In this document: positions 8,013 through 17,536 of the stretch, piece after piece
How the letters are laid out: every line of letters begins with the position of its first letter
Numbering within the stretch: position 1 is the stretch's first letter
NCBI GenBank assembly: GCA_026387335.1
Contig: JAPLLX010000004.1
Coordinates: forward strand, 13,955 to 77,954
From: Candidatus Omnitrophota bacterium
GTDB lineage: Bacteria > Omnitrophota > Gorgyraeia > Gygaellales > Profunditerraquicolaceae
Length of the DNA: 64,000 nt
Direction of reading: 5' to 3'
Position numbers and translations under genes: made by a program
Notes under the pieces: model-generated
What the model saw: only the letters and a program-made list of their open reading frames with translations
Database searches by the model: none
What the model was told of the DNA's origin: nothing

Positions 8013-8018
8013 AAACTG

Positions 8019-9401
8019 ATGCTTAAAATATTGCGCCATAAAAAGACAGCCAAAAAAGTCTGGATATTCCTGGCTTTAATCATAATACCCGCCTTTGCGC
8101 TTTGGGGTTTTGGCGGGGCATTCCGTTCTCGTGAAGAAAATATGCCCGCGGGCAAAATTTTTGGACGGGCCATATCCAAGCTTGAACTTAAGGATTCGCT
8201 GAGCGCCGCCACAACCATAGCCATTCTACAATACGGAGATAAACTCCCCGAGATACAGAAATACCTTAACCTTGAAGGTCAAGCCTGGCAGAGGCTCATT
8301 CTGCTGGAAGAAGCCAAGAGGCGCGCAATTAAAGCTAGCGACGCAGAAGTCATCCAGGCCATTGAAGCCCTTCCCTACTTTCAGTATAAAGGAGGCTTTG
8401 ACAATAAAACTTACCAACAAAACCTGCAGTATATTTTTCGCCTTAATCCGCGCCAATTTGAGGAACAGATGCGCCAAGGCATTATACTCAGTAAGCTCTA
8501 TAAGCAAGTTACCGACAACACAAAAATTGACGAAAATGCGATCGGGAAAGAGTACGAGAAGCTAAACCAGGAAATAAGCATCTACTATATCTCCAGTCTT
8601 TCTGCTGATTTTATCAAGGATATTAAGCCCAGCGCCGGCGAGCTCAATGATTATTTTAGCAAAAATAAGGATATGTTCAGAGAACCGGCTTCCTTTAATA
8701 TAGAATACCTGGTAATAAATTCTGTGGTCCAGGTCAAAGAAATCTCAGAATTATTAAACAAAAAATTCACGTTTGCAAAAATTGCCCAAGAATTAAAATT
8801 ACAACCCAAGGAAACCGGCCTCTTTATTCAGAACAGCCCTGCGCCGGGGCTGGAATGGCTGGCAGAAAACCCGGAGATAATCTCTAAACTTAAAACGGTA
8901 GAATGCAGCCCGCCGGTACAGGTAGGTGATTTGTATTACCTGTTAAAATTAAAGGAAACCAAAGAAGCGCATACTCCGGAATTTAAGGCGGTAGAACAAA
9001 AGGTCAGGCTTGCCCTGATTAATACCGGGGCCCTAAAAAAAGCTGAACAAAAAATAAACCAGTGCGCAAAAGAGCTAAAATCCCGGAAATTTAAACAAGC
9101 GGCCAAAAAATGCGGATTAAAAGTCAAGGAAACCGCCCCCTTTAAATTCGCCAGCAATATTGAAGGTATCGGCGCCGCGGATATATTTTGGAATACCGCA
9201 AAATCCTTAAAAGACACAGAGAATAGCGAAATTATCCGCTTACCTTCCGGTTTCTATATAATTAAGGTAAAGGCCATCTCTAAAATAGACCCTAAAAAAT
9301 TTGAACAGGAGAAAGCAGGGTTTGGGAACAGCTTACTTGAACAGAAAAAACAGGAGAAATTCAGGGAATTCTTGACAGGGTTGAATAAAAAAGCGCAATA
9401 G
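8019..9401 (+). CDS. Periplasmic chaperone PpiD/SurA-like protein with an N-terminal membrane anchor
   Basis: The ORF-track start (TTG 8001) is probably an extension; ATG 8019 sits 6 nt after AAGGAG. N-terminal TM segment WIFLALIIIPAFALWGF, then a SurA_N-like region. No clear parvulin motif was recognised. Confidence 0.5.
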   Translation: MLKILRHKKTAKKVWIFLALIIIPAFALWGFGGAFRSREENMPAGKIFGRAISKLELKDSLSAATTIAILQYGDKLPEIQKYLNLEGQAWQRLILLEEAKRRAIKASDAEVIQAIEALPYFQYKGGFDNKTYQQNLQYIFRLNPRQFEEQMRQGIILSKLYKQVTDNTKIDENAIGKEYEKLNQEISIYYISSLSADFIKDIKPSAGELNDYFSKNKDMFREPASFNIEYLVINSVVQVKEISELLNKKFTFAKIAQELKLQPKETGLFIQNSPAPGLEWLAENPEIISKLKTVECSPPVQVGDLYYLLKLKETKEAHTPEFKAVEQKVRLALINTGALKKAEQKINQCAKELKSRKFKQAAKKCGLKVKETAPFKFASNIEGIGAADIFWNTAKSLKDTENSEIIRLPSGFYIIKVKAISKIDPKKFEQEKAGFGNSLLEQKKQEKFREFLTGLNKKAQ

Positions 9402-9437
9402 GCTAGGAAACCTATTGCGCTTTTAAGATACTAGAGC

Positions 9438-9620
9438 TTAACCTACTTTAATGCAATTTACCGGGCAAGAATCAGCTACTTCCTGCAGGTTACAAGTCGC
9501 GCAAACCTGAGTTTTTACGTGAGCGATCCCGTCTCCCTGCACCTGAAAAACCTCCGGGCAGGATTGCTCGCATAAACCGCAACCTACGCAAGTAGAAGCA
9601 TCAATAGTAACTTTTGACAT
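9438..9620 (-). CDS. fdx: Small 4Fe-4S ferredoxin (60 aa)
   Basis: CVGCGLCEQSCP ... CATCNLQEVADSCP; matches the short archaeal/Thermotoga-type ferredoxins. Confidence 0.8.
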   Translation of the reverse strand: MSKVTIDASTCVGCGLCEQSCPEVFQVQGDGIAHVKTQVCATCNLQEVADSCPVNCIKVG

Positions 9621-9646
9621 TTATCCTCTCCTTACCCACAAGGGTA

Positions 9647-9676
9647 CACCGACGCAATTCCGATTAGCGTCGGGTG
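9647..9676. repeat. Hairpin CACCGACGC-AATTCCGATTA-GCGTCGGGTG; member of a two-copy palindromic family (second copy 40256..40285)
   Basis: Same stem (CCGACGC/GCGTCGG) and a similar 11-nt loop (AATnCCnnTTA) at both loci. Confidence 0.4.
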
Positions 9677-9678
9677 CT

Positions 9679-10158
9679 TTATCTTTCTAACAAATTCTCA
9701 AACATCTCTTCGTGATCGACTTCTTCCGACAATATATGCGTGACTAGCTGATAAGTAACATGATCCTTACCGAGAGTCTTTTTGGCGATCTTACTATAAA
9801 CCTCAATTGCCCCTGCTTCTGCCTCAGTAACAATACGGATGATCCTGTTGATATCCGCGGTATTCTTGGGAGGCATAAGGTACGGCGCGTTGGCGTTCTT
9901 CTCTAAATCCATAGGATTAGCCGTAGGAGCATCGCCTAACTTTATGATCAGATCCGCTACTTCTGTGGCATGCTCTAATTCATCCTTAGCTAATTTTTCC
10001 AGCATTTCTTTCACATCTTCATAAGCCTTGCCGGAAACAATCTGGGCCATATACCAATATAAATAATAAGCGAGCCATTCGTCGCAATACGCCTTATTTA
10101 AATCCTTGACCAGGTCTTTTAAGCTTACCTCTACAATTGCCCTTCCCTGTTTTCCCAT
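9679..10158 (-). CDS. Ferritin-like diiron protein (rubrerythrin/bacterioferritin superfamily, no rubredoxin domain)
   Basis: Diiron EXXH-type motifs DELEHATE and SEEVDHEE; 159 aa. Confidence 0.55.
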   Translation of the reverse strand: MGKQGRAIVEVSLKDLVKDLNKAYCDEWLAYYLYWYMAQIVSGKAYEDVKEMLEKLAKDELEHATEVADLIIKLGDAPTANPMDLEKNANAPYLMPPKNTADINRIIRIVTEAEAGAIEVYSKIAKKTLGKDHVTYQLVTHILSEEVDHEEMFENLLER

Positions 10159-10193
10159 TTCTTACCTCCTTGATTTTCCAGCTTAAGCTCGTT

Positions 10194-11078
10194 TTAAGCC
10201 TGCTGGGCTTCAACTTTCAATCCGTACTTTTTTATGTTATTATCCGCGATCTCCTGAATCTTCTTTAGTTCTTCAGGTTTATTCAATAAATGCTTAAACC
10301 TTCCCTGAAGCTTCAGGTATTCTTCCACCGGCTTAGGCGTAATCTGCCTGCGGTTGCTTAGTAAACCAAACTCATACTCAATCAAAGGATACAGCCCTGT
10401 CTCAACAGCCAACTTGGCTACCACAAGAGTAAGATTTGTTTCATGCCTCCAGCCTAACGGGCAAGGCACATGCACCTGTATATATTTAGGGCCTTTAATG
10501 GAAAGGGCCTTTTTTACTTTCCTCTGTAAATCCTGGGCAAATCCGCTAGAGGCCGTAGCTACATAAGGAATACCGTGGGCATTGGTAATCTCCGGCATCG
10601 GCTTTTTCGGACGAAGGTTCCCCAAGGAAGACGCGCCCGCGGGGCTGGTCGTTGTATTGGTATCAAAAGGAGTAAGCCCGCTTCTTTGCACCCCGGTATT
10701 CATATACGCTTCGTTATCATAACAGACATACAAAATATTGTGCCCGCGCTCAAGCATCCCGGAAAGGGCCTGCAGGCCTATATCCGCGCTGCTTCCGTCT
10801 CCGCCTTGCGCGATAATATTTATACTGTCAGCCTTACCTAAATATTTAATCGCTGATTCAACTCCTGAAGCGACTGCCGCGGCATTCTCAAATAACGAAT
10901 GGATAAAAGGAACTCTCCAGCTTGACTCAGGATATTTGGTCGAGAAGACCTCCAGGCACCCGGTATTATTTACGATAATAGTGTTTGGACCGGCCGCATC
11001 CAATACAAGCCGCGCTGCCATAGACTGGCCGCAACCTGCGCAGGCTGTATGCCCCGGGGCGAACAAAGTCTCAGTCAT
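10194..11078 (-). CDS. porB: Pyruvate:ferredoxin oxidoreductase beta subunit (TPP-binding)
   Basis: CAGCGQSM and GDGSSADIG TPP-fold motifs; in a porG-porD-porA-porB operon. Confidence 0.85.
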   Translation of the reverse strand: MTETLFAPGHTACAGCGQSMAARLVLDAAGPNTIIVNNTGCLEVFSTKYPESSWRVPFIHSLFENAAAVASGVESAIKYLGKADSINIIAQGGDGSSADIGLQALSGMLERGHNILYVCYDNEAYMNTGVQRSGLTPFDTNTTTSPAGASSLGNLRPKKPMPEITNAHGIPYVATASSGFAQDLQRKVKKALSIKGPKYIQVHVPCPLGWRHETNLTLVVAKLAVETGLYPLIEYEFGLLSNRRQITPKPVEEYLKLQGRFKHLLNKPEELKKIQEIADNNIKKYGLKVEAQQA

Positions 11079-11125
11079 CCCGCGACTCCCTTCGATAGCT
11101 GGGGATTTCTAGAGACACAAAATGA

Positions 11126-12307
11126 TTAGTCATAGTTCTCCTTTAAAAGCTCTGGCTTTAAATCTATAAACTCAATCCCCTTCTCCTTGCCGTTCATCAG
11201 CCGGAATATTTCTTTTATAGAATCCTTAGTGATATCGCGTCCGCCTAAACCTACCACAAAACTGTTTATACTTTGAGGTTTCTTCGTCTTGCCGGAAAAT
11301 ACAGCCTTAACTTCCACGTGAAGAGGAGCAAATGACCCTAAAGAGAGGGCCCGATCAATAACCGCGACTTTAGGGATATTTTTTAAAGCAGTGTATATCT
11401 CATCAACTGGAAAAGGCCTTAAAGATGTAACCTTAAGTAAACCCACTTTTTTACCCTTGACCCTTAATTCATCAATGACCTCTTTTATTGTACCGCAGAC
11501 TGAGCCCATAGCCACAATCACTTTTTCAGCATCCTTAAGCTGATAACCCTCAACTAAGCCATTATAAGTCCTGCCGAACACTTTTGAAAATTCCGCAGTA
11601 AGTTTAGGGATAAGAGCTAAAGCTTCTTTATGTGTTTCATTAAGGGCATAGCGAGCCTCCATATAATATTCAGGGTCAACTAACGGACCCAAGGTCAGAG
11701 GATTCTCTACATCTAATTTATAAGGGGGCTTATAAGGCGGTAAAAATTTATCTACCTGTTCCTGCGTGGGCATATCTACTGTCTCTAACCCGTGAGTAAG
11801 AATAAAACCATCCATACAGACCATCACCGGAAGCATTATGGATTTATCTTCGCCTAATTTGTAAGCGATAAGATGTAGATCCACTACTTCCTGTATATCT
11901 TCGGCATGGAACTGAATCCAGCCTGAATCGCGCAGGGAGACCGCATCCTGATGGTCGTTCCAGATATTTATGGGAGCGGATATCGCCCGGGCAGCAGTAG
12001 TCATAATTACAGGTAAACGCATGCCGGCAATATTATAAAGGACTTCGGCCATATAAAACAACCCTTGAGAACTGGTAGCGGTATAAGCGCGCACCCCTGT
12101 TGCCACTGCGCCTAAAACTACGGAGGCCGCGGAATGTTCGCTTTCTACATTAACAAATTGGGCATTCAGCTGGCCGTCAGCGACTATCTGGGCAAGTCCT
12201 TCCACAATATGAGTCTGAGGAGTAATGGGGTAGGCGGAGATTACTCCGGGCTTACAGCGCTTGATAATCTCAGCTACCGCCATTGAACCTTCTAATAATT
12301 CTTTCAT
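11126..12307 (-). CDS. porA: Pyruvate:ferredoxin oxidoreductase alpha subunit
   Basis: 393 aa; typical PorA N-terminus (MAVAEIIKRCKPGVISAYPITPQTHIVE). Confidence 0.85.
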   Translation of the reverse strand: MKELLEGSMAVAEIIKRCKPGVISAYPITPQTHIVEGLAQIVADGQLNAQFVNVESEHSAASVVLGAVATGVRAYTATSSQGLFYMAEVLYNIAGMRLPVIMTTAARAISAPINIWNDHQDAVSLRDSGWIQFHAEDIQEVVDLHLIAYKLGEDKSIMLPVMVCMDGFILTHGLETVDMPTQEQVDKFLPPYKPPYKLDVENPLTLGPLVDPEYYMEARYALNETHKEALALIPKLTAEFSKVFGRTYNGLVEGYQLKDAEKVIVAMGSVCGTIKEVIDELRVKGKKVGLLKVTSLRPFPVDEIYTALKNIPKVAVIDRALSLGSFAPLHVEVKAVFSGKTKKPQSINSFVVGLGGRDITKDSIKEIFRLMNGKEKGIEFIDLKPELLKENYD

Positions 12308-12308
12308 A

Positions 12309-12572
12309 TTATCCTTGTGAGTCTTCTTTAATCATCTCTATATCCTGCTTAGGGCAGACTGCCGCGCAGTTTCCGCAGCCCTTGCAGTAATCAGGATTAA
12401 AGTCATAAGTATTCTTACCCTGGCCGCTGATACAGGCCTCCGGACAGATGAGGAGACACATATTACAGGCAATACAGTTTTTCTTTAAGAATTTGGGCCT
12501 TAACTCAGTCCTCCACGGACCGGTCTTATTATTCTTACTTGAACCCGGTTTAGAAATCAACGGACCAAACAT
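12309..12572 (-). CDS. porD: Pyruvate:ferredoxin oxidoreductase delta subunit (2x[4Fe-4S] ferredoxin)
   Basis: CIACNMCLLICPE and CKGCGNCAAVCP. Confidence 0.8.
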   Translation of the reverse strand: MFGPLISKPGSSKNNKTGPWRTELRPKFLKKNCIACNMCLLICPEACISGQGKNTYDFNPDYCKGCGNCAAVCPKQDIEMIKEDSQG

Positions 12573-12583
12573 TAACGAACTCC

Positions 12584-13135
12584 CTATTTATTGCCGCGGG
12601 TTACAAAATCAAAACCTTCCTGCGCGGCTTTAATATTAGCTTCCTGAAGCTTGGCGGCGAATCTGTGTTTAATAGCCGCGATTAATTCATCTAAAGTCAA
12701 TTCTTGCGTAGCCGCGCAGAAAGCGCCTAAAAGCGCGGTGTTGCCTAAGGGCCTACCTATATGTTTTAGGGCGATATCGTTTGCCGGAACCAGGAAAACT
12801 TTCTGTTTAGGCTTGACCTTAGGCATCTGCACAGAATCTTCCTTGCCGCTAATAATAGCTATGCCATCCTCTTTAAGCCCGGAAAAACAATTATACCCGC
12901 GCATAAGAGTATGGTCGGCGATAATAACGTAATCCGGCTCGTATATCTGGCTGCGCAAGCGTACCGGCTTAGAGTCAACGCGCACAAACGCGTTCATGGG
13001 AGCTCCCATACGGGCAGCGCCAAAACTGGGGAAGGCGTAAGGGCATAAACCTTTTAAAAAGTAGGCATAACCTAATAACGTGGCAGTAGTAATTGCGCCC
13101 TGGCCTGCGCGGGCGTGGATCCTGATTTCTTTCAT
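12584..13135 (-). CDS. porG: Pyruvate:ferredoxin oxidoreductase gamma subunit
   Basis: IRIHARAGQGAITTATLL N-terminus, characteristic of PorG. Confidence 0.8.
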   Translation of the reverse strand: MKEIRIHARAGQGAITTATLLGYAYFLKGLCPYAFPSFGAARMGAPMNAFVRVDSKPVRLRSQIYEPDYVIIADHTLMRGYNCFSGLKEDGIAIISGKEDSVQMPKVKPKQKVFLVPANDIALKHIGRPLGNTALLGAFCAATQELTLDELIAAIKHRFAAKLQEANIKAAQEGFDFVTRGNK

Positions 13136-13198
13136 TTTCTCCTTAGCCGTTACAAAGTTTGTTAATTATATATTCTTTGCGCTGGTTTGTCAAATCTT

Positions 13199-13828
13199 TT
13201 ATTCAACAGTGTTATTTGCCTCAACTTTTTCTCCTTTAGGGCCTAATCTGGCCTGCCTGGCCTTAAGGAAATCCTTGGCTTCAGTAGCATCTATTACCCC
13301 ATCGCCATTTTTATCAAATTTAGCCTCTTCCGGGGTGTCCACGATTGAACGGGCCTGTATTTTTTCCTGTTCGTCGACTACACCATCCTTGTTCGTATCC
13401 AGCCGGGCTTTCCTTCTTTCTCTGAATTGATTGGCTTCTGTTTCGTCAACTACGCCATCATTATTCGTATCCATCCTTGCTTCTTTAGGAGTGTTTACTC
13501 TGGCTTTTTCTTCCTGATTAGCTTGCGTAGCCTCCACTTTATCCACCCTACCATCATTATTCGTATCCATCCTCGCTTCTTTAGGAGTGTTTACCTGTGC
13601 GCGGGCTTGATTAGCTTCTACTCTGCCCACTCTACCGTCATTATTCGTATCCATCCTCGCTTCTTTCGGGGTATTTACCACTGAACGCTGTTTAACCTCC
13701 CCGCCCTTGTTTCTATCGGCGGGTTGAGCTTTTTGCTGCATTGCCGGTTTAGCCGGTTTAGCCGGCTGAGCATAGGCAATAGAAACAAAAAATGCCATGA
13801 CCAAAACCAACCCTAAGCTTTTAAACAT
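13199..13828 (-). CDS. Secreted protein with five EF-hand-like calcium-binding loops in tandem repeats
   Basis: Signal peptide MFKSLGLVLVMAFFVSIAYA. Loops DTNNDGRVGRVE, DTNNDGRVDKVE, DTNNDGVVDETE, DTNKDGVVDEQE and DKNGDGVIDATE each fit the DxNxDGxIxxxE pattern. Repeated unit VNTPKEARMDTNNDG. Confidence 0.6.
   Translation of the reverse strand: MFKSLGLVLVMAFFVSIAYAQPAKPAKPAMQQKAQPADRNKGGEVKQRSVVNTPKEARMDTNNDGRVGRVEANQARAQVNTPKEARMDTNNDGRVDKVEATQANQEEKARVNTPKEARMDTNNDGVVDETEANQFRERRKARLDTNKDGVVDEQEKIQARSIVDTPEEAKFDKNGDGVIDATEAKDFLKARQARLGPKGEKVEANNTVE
13440..13690. repeat. About three ~87-bp near-identical tandem DNA repeats inside the EF-hand gene (core attattcgtatccatcctcgcttctttaggagtgtttac)
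   Basis: Near-identical 40-mers at ~13470, ~13552 and ~13636, read directly. Confidence 0.7.
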
Positions 13829-13859
13829 ATCTCCTCCTTTATTAATAATCCCGCTAAAA

Positions 13860-14894
13860 TTAAAAATTATCCTTTATATAAAGCGAGGTAGCGCGTAAAA
13901 GATGGTATATCTCTTCAGATTCGCTTATCTTTAGCGTACCTAAGCCGCAGGAAGGGCTGATAAACATCTGACTCCTAAGTAAAGAACCTTCCAGCCCCTT
14001 ATTAACTAACGCCTCAATACAGCTCTTAATCTTATTAACCAAAGAAACAGGACTGTCTTCTATTCTACCACTTTGGGTAGGCACAATACCCCAACAGATG
14101 ATTCCCCCTCTTTTTAAGAACCCTTTCAGGTTTTGGGCGTAGAGGACGAATCTCTCCTGGAAATTATATGCGTCAAAGTTAATAATGTCAATAGCCGGGA
14201 TATCCGTAAATAAAGACCAATCGGTATTGCCGCAGCAATGTAGCCCCAAAAACAGGTCTTTACTCTTTACGCTTTCAGAGAACTCGGCTAGACCCTGGAC
14301 TACATCTTCCCTGTTGAGCGAAGTATAGGCTGAGCCAAAAGTACCCAGGTATGGCTCGTCGATAAAAGCAATGATGGGCCTGGCGAATTTCTTAAATAAA
14401 TCTATCTGCCAGCGTAACTTCATACTCAAGGCTTTGAAGATAGCCTGTTTAAATACCGGATCATGCAAAAGCATGACTCCCTTTTCGTCGTTTATGCCGG
14501 CCAGAAAAGTAAAGGGACCGGTAACCTGAATCTTGATAAAATCTATTCTCCCTAAATCCACGTTACTAAGCCGCTCATAAAATTTATGCAGGCCTAAAGC
14601 AAAACTAGCGCTTAGCTTAAAATAATCCAGATCATCGTTAATAATTTTCTCATAAAATACCTCCAGCTTCTTCTCTTTATTTTCAGGGTTAAAGACTAAA
14701 CCATTGCCTTTAATTTCAAGGCAGGGGATGTTTTCGCTAAATTGGGCCAGCATCCCTTCGCGAAAATCCCTCTTGGGAAACTGCGGCCAAAAAGGGATGT
14801 TGGGCACAAATTTAAAGATTAAATCCAAAGCCTTATCCGCGTCCAGATGCGGAAGACTTCCTACTCCCGTAGCTAAACCTCTTATTCCGCTCAT
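13860..14894 (-). CDS. Uroporphyrinogen-decarboxylase-fold protein (MetE C-terminal / MtaA-CmuA-like methyltransferase family)
   Basis: 344 aa; HCCG motif (GLHCCGNTDW), consistent with the Zn-binding H-x-C-G of URO-D-like methyltransferases. Assignment is tentative. Confidence 0.35.
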   Translation of the reverse strand: MSGIRGLATGVGSLPHLDADKALDLIFKFVPNIPFWPQFPKRDFREGMLAQFSENIPCLEIKGNGLVFNPENKEKKLEVFYEKIINDDLDYFKLSASFALGLHKFYERLSNVDLGRIDFIKIQVTGPFTFLAGINDEKGVMLLHDPVFKQAIFKALSMKLRWQIDLFKKFARPIIAFIDEPYLGTFGSAYTSLNREDVVQGLAEFSESVKSKDLFLGLHCCGNTDWSLFTDIPAIDIINFDAYNFQERFVLYAQNLKGFLKRGGIICWGIVPTQSGRIEDSPVSLVNKIKSCIEALVNKGLEGSLLRSQMFISPSCGLGTLKISESEEIYHLLRATSLYIKDNF

Positions 14895-15352
14895 ACCTTT
14901 TCTCTTTTTAAAATACCGCTAGAGACCATTTCCACTATTTCTTCAATTTTTACCTTAAAGATAACGAAGTTCTCCGACATATTCAATTCAAAATCCTCAT
15001 GAGCCTTGCCCCTGGTAACTCCTTCTACAATACGCCGGGCAGACAAATCAACCTCTCTTTGCAATAAGTCTTTGACTAAAAGATCGTATTCCGGACCGCT
15101 TTCTATAATCTTAACCAGGCCATTTAACTGATAGCCCACAAGGCTGTGGGTATCCATAAAAGATATGGAAATCTTAGGGTTAAGGCTAAGATTGTGGAAT
15201 GTCGTTCCGATAATATAATCTACCAGATAGACAACATTATCTTCTATTTTAAGCAGAAATTTAGGAGCGGCATTAGGCCGGCCGTTAAAATCGCAGGTAG
15301 CTACACTAACAAATTCCCGAAACTTCAGAAGCTCGGCTATTCTCTTATTCAT
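14891..15352 (-). CDS. Pyridoxamine 5'-phosphate oxidase family (FMN-binding split-barrel) protein
   Basis: 153 aa; overlaps the upstream gene by 4 nt (ATGA). Confidence 0.4.
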   Translation of the reverse strand: MNKRIAELLKFREFVSVATCDFNGRPNAAPKFLLKIEDNVVYLVDYIIGTTFHNLSLNPKISISFMDTHSLVGYQLNGLVKIIESGPEYDLLVKDLLQREVDLSARRIVEGVTRGKAHEDFELNMSENFVIFKVKIEEIVEMVSSGILKREKV

Positions 15353-15363
15353 CTTTCTTTACT

Positions 15364-15861
15364 TTAAGGCTGTTTAGCGGATATTTTATTAATCAGCTCC
15401 TCAGGGAATTGATTACCTGAAGAAACTATCTTCCCGGAGATATTTATCACAAAATAAGTCGGGACCCCCATAAGCTCATAGGCCTCGGCGACATAGCTAT
15501 CTCTATCCAAAAGGACCTCCAAGTTCAGCGAGTATTTTTTCATAAAATTCGCCACCTTATCCTTAGGCTCGCCTACATTTATGGCTAATACTTCAATAGA
15601 TTCTTTTGCTAATTCCGCATATCTTGCATTCAACTTCTGAAGTTGATCCCGGCAATAAGGGCACCAAGTCGTCCAAAAAACCAGTAGCACTGTTTTCCTG
15701 CCTAGATAATTGCTTAAGGAAACCGGTTGATCATTTAAGTTGGTTAGTTGGAAAAGGGGCGCGGGGGCAGGATTATTTTCATAATCCTGAGCGGCAAAAC
15801 AGCTCAAAACAAAAGAAATAAAAAATATAAGTATAAATATAAATCTTAAACTTTTCTTCAC
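15364..15861 (-). CDS. tlpA: TlpA/ResA-family thiol-disulfide oxidoreductase (periplasmic thioredoxin-like)
   Basis: WCPYC active site; N-terminal signal/anchor; adjacent to ccdA. Confidence 0.8.
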   Translation of the reverse strand: MKKSLRFIFILIFFISFVLSCFAAQDYENNPAPAPLFQLTNLNDQPVSLSNYLGRKTVLLVFWTTWCPYCRDQLQKLNARYAELAKESIEVLAINVGEPKDKVANFMKKYSLNLEVLLDRDSYVAEAYELMGVPTYFVINISGKIVSSGNQFPEELINKISAKQP

Positions 15862-16527
15862 TTAAAATCCCCTTAGGCCCCGGTAAATAAAATACAGGCC
15901 TAAAACTATAATGATTAAAGCGCCAGCCTTCTTAACATAAGACATCCACCTGCCGGATTTAGGAAGATTTATTAATATACTGCTAAAGGTCCCGGCCAGT
16001 ATAAAGATCAAGCCCATACCGTAAGCAAAAACCACTAAGAGGCTCATTCCGTAGAAAATATTCTTTTGGGCTGATAAGTAGGCCAGGATGGAAGCCAATG
16101 CCGGCGTAAGGCAGGGAGACGCGATTAACCCGGAACTTGCCCCCAGGAAAAAGGTAGAAAGGTATCCTTTTTTATTAGTATCCACTTTCGGGGCCGGCCA
16201 GTATATGCTAAAAAAATCCGTCAGCATGCTCGCTCCAAATAAAATAATAATGACTCCTACCGCTATTAATGTAAACGGATGGCTGCTTATTTTACCAAAG
16301 ATCATCCCGCCCAGAGAAGCAATCAGGCCCAGGATAGAATAGGTAACTGCTATGCCGGAAACATAAATCAGGCTTAAAACGAAACTCCTTATCTTTGACC
16401 TGCCGCTCTTTGCGCTTATATAGATTACGCTGACCGGAATAAGCGGATAAACGCAGGGAGTAAAACTCACTAATACTCCGCCTAAAAAAGCAAAAATATA
16501 ATCAATCGGGCTACCTGAGGGATTCAT
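15862..16527 (-). CDS. ccdA: Cytochrome c-type biogenesis / disulfide-reductant transporter CcdA (DsbD transmembrane domain)
   Basis: Polytopic membrane protein; Cys in TM1 (SFTPCVYPLIP) and TM4 (IASPCLTPAL). Confidence 0.8.
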   Translation of the reverse strand: MNPSGSPIDYIFAFLGGVLVSFTPCVYPLIPVSVIYISAKSGRSKIRSFVLSLIYVSGIAVTYSILGLIASLGGMIFGKISSHPFTLIAVGVIIILFGASMLTDFFSIYWPAPKVDTNKKGYLSTFFLGASSGLIASPCLTPALASILAYLSAQKNIFYGMSLLVVFAYGMGLIFILAGTFSSILINLPKSGRWMSYVKKAGALIIIVLGLYFIYRGLRGF

Positions 16528-16822
16528 CTATCCATTTAAGATACGGTTTAAAACCGCTGACTATCGGAAGAGCGATTATTTCCGGGACCGCATAACTATG
16601 AGCTGATTTAACTAACTTAACAATCTTATTAAACTTATCTTTCCTGGATTTAACCATCAGGAGTGTTTCTTTTGCCCGCTCGACCTTGCCTTTCCAGGAA
16701 AAAATAGACTCTAAGCCGCTTATAATATTGACACAGGCAGCCAGTTTATTTTTTATCAGTAATTTAGAGATTTTACCGGCTTGGGATTTATCCTTGGCCG
16801 TAATCAGTATTATGATGTGCAT
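16511..16822 (-). CDS. cutA: Divalent-cation tolerance protein CutA
   Basis: 103 aa; typical CutA1 length and sequence. Confidence 0.7.
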   Translation of the reverse strand: MHIIILITAKDKSQAGKISKLLIKNKLAACVNIISGLESIFSWKGKVERAKETLLMVKSRKDKFNKIVKLVKSAHSYAVPEIIALPIVSGFKPYLKWIDESLR

Positions 16823-17286
16823 TTTTTAACAAGCTTGGCAAACCTTGAACCCATCCTTAAACATTCTTTCGTGGACCGGGAATCCGGAGAATCTATCGCC
16901 ACCGGACCGTAATGATCGCCCTGCCAATCACCTTGGATAATCATACCATGTATGAGCATAGCATTCAATATATCCAGAATCGTAGTCTCATTTCCGCCGG
17001 CGATATTGCGGCTGGAAGAAAACGCCGCGCCGACTTTACCATCCAGTTTTCCGTGGAACTTGACCGAATCATCAAAGAGTTTTTTGATTTCACCAGACAT
17101 GCTTCCGTAATATGTCGGCGAACCGATGATTAAACCGTCATATTTTAGTAAGTCGTCGGCGAGCGTATCCTTAACATCCTTAAGCGTTACCTCAAGGCCT
17201 TCATTCTCTACGCCTTGCGCGATTAATTCAGCCATTTTTTTAGTGTTTCCGCTGCGCGAATAATAAACTACCAGGGCTTTGGGCAT
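16810..17286 (-). CDS. Flavodoxin-family protein
   Basis: ALVVYYSRSGNTKKMAE FMN-binding N-terminus. Confidence 0.75.
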   Translation of the reverse strand: MPKALVVYYSRSGNTKKMAELIAQGVENEGLEVTLKDVKDTLADDLLKYDGLIIGSPTYYGSMSGEIKKLFDDSVKFHGKLDGKVGAAFSSSRNIAGGNETTILDILNAMLIHGMIIQGDWQGDHYGPVAIDSPDSRSTKECLRMGSRFAKLVKKCTS

Positions 17287-17287
17287 A

Positions 17288-17536
17288 TTATTTGCCTCCT
17301 TCGTCTTCCACCTTGACCGACCTTATCCTGCCGAATTGAGAGCAGACATCAAAAACAATAGTGGGATCTTCAGTAGCAATATTTATCTTAAAATTTTTGC
17401 CTTTCTGCCCGACGTCAACAACCTCCGCGATATCCAGTTTCTCTCCAAATTCCGCCAGCGAAGACTTAACCGCTTCTAAGGTAGTATTGTAGGTGTGTAA
17501 AATAAAACCCAGCTTGAATTTTGGTATGCGGATCAT
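17288..17536 (-). CDS. Small hypothetical protein (82 aa)
   Basis: No family recognised; ORF only. Confidence 0.3.
   Translation of the reverse strand: MIRIPKFKLGFILHTYNTTLEAVKSSLAEFGEKLDIAEVVDVGQKGKNFKINIATEDPTIVFDVCSQFGRIRSVKVEDEGGK

Noticed and set aside
8001-8018. TTG start at 8001 for the ppiD-like gene as given in the ORF track
   Set aside because: ATG at 8019 has a properly spaced AAGGAG and begins the membrane-anchor sequence. The TTG codon lies inside the leader hairpin stem.
7925-8224. 99-aa minus-strand ORF overlapping the ppiD-like start
   Set aside because: It is antisense to a well-supported gene and has low-complexity composition; likely spurious.
13430-13690. Tandem direct repeats considered as a possible CRISPR array
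   Set aside because: There are only ~3 copies, the period is ~87 bp with no unique spacers, and they lie in-frame inside a CDS encoding EF-hand peptide repeats.
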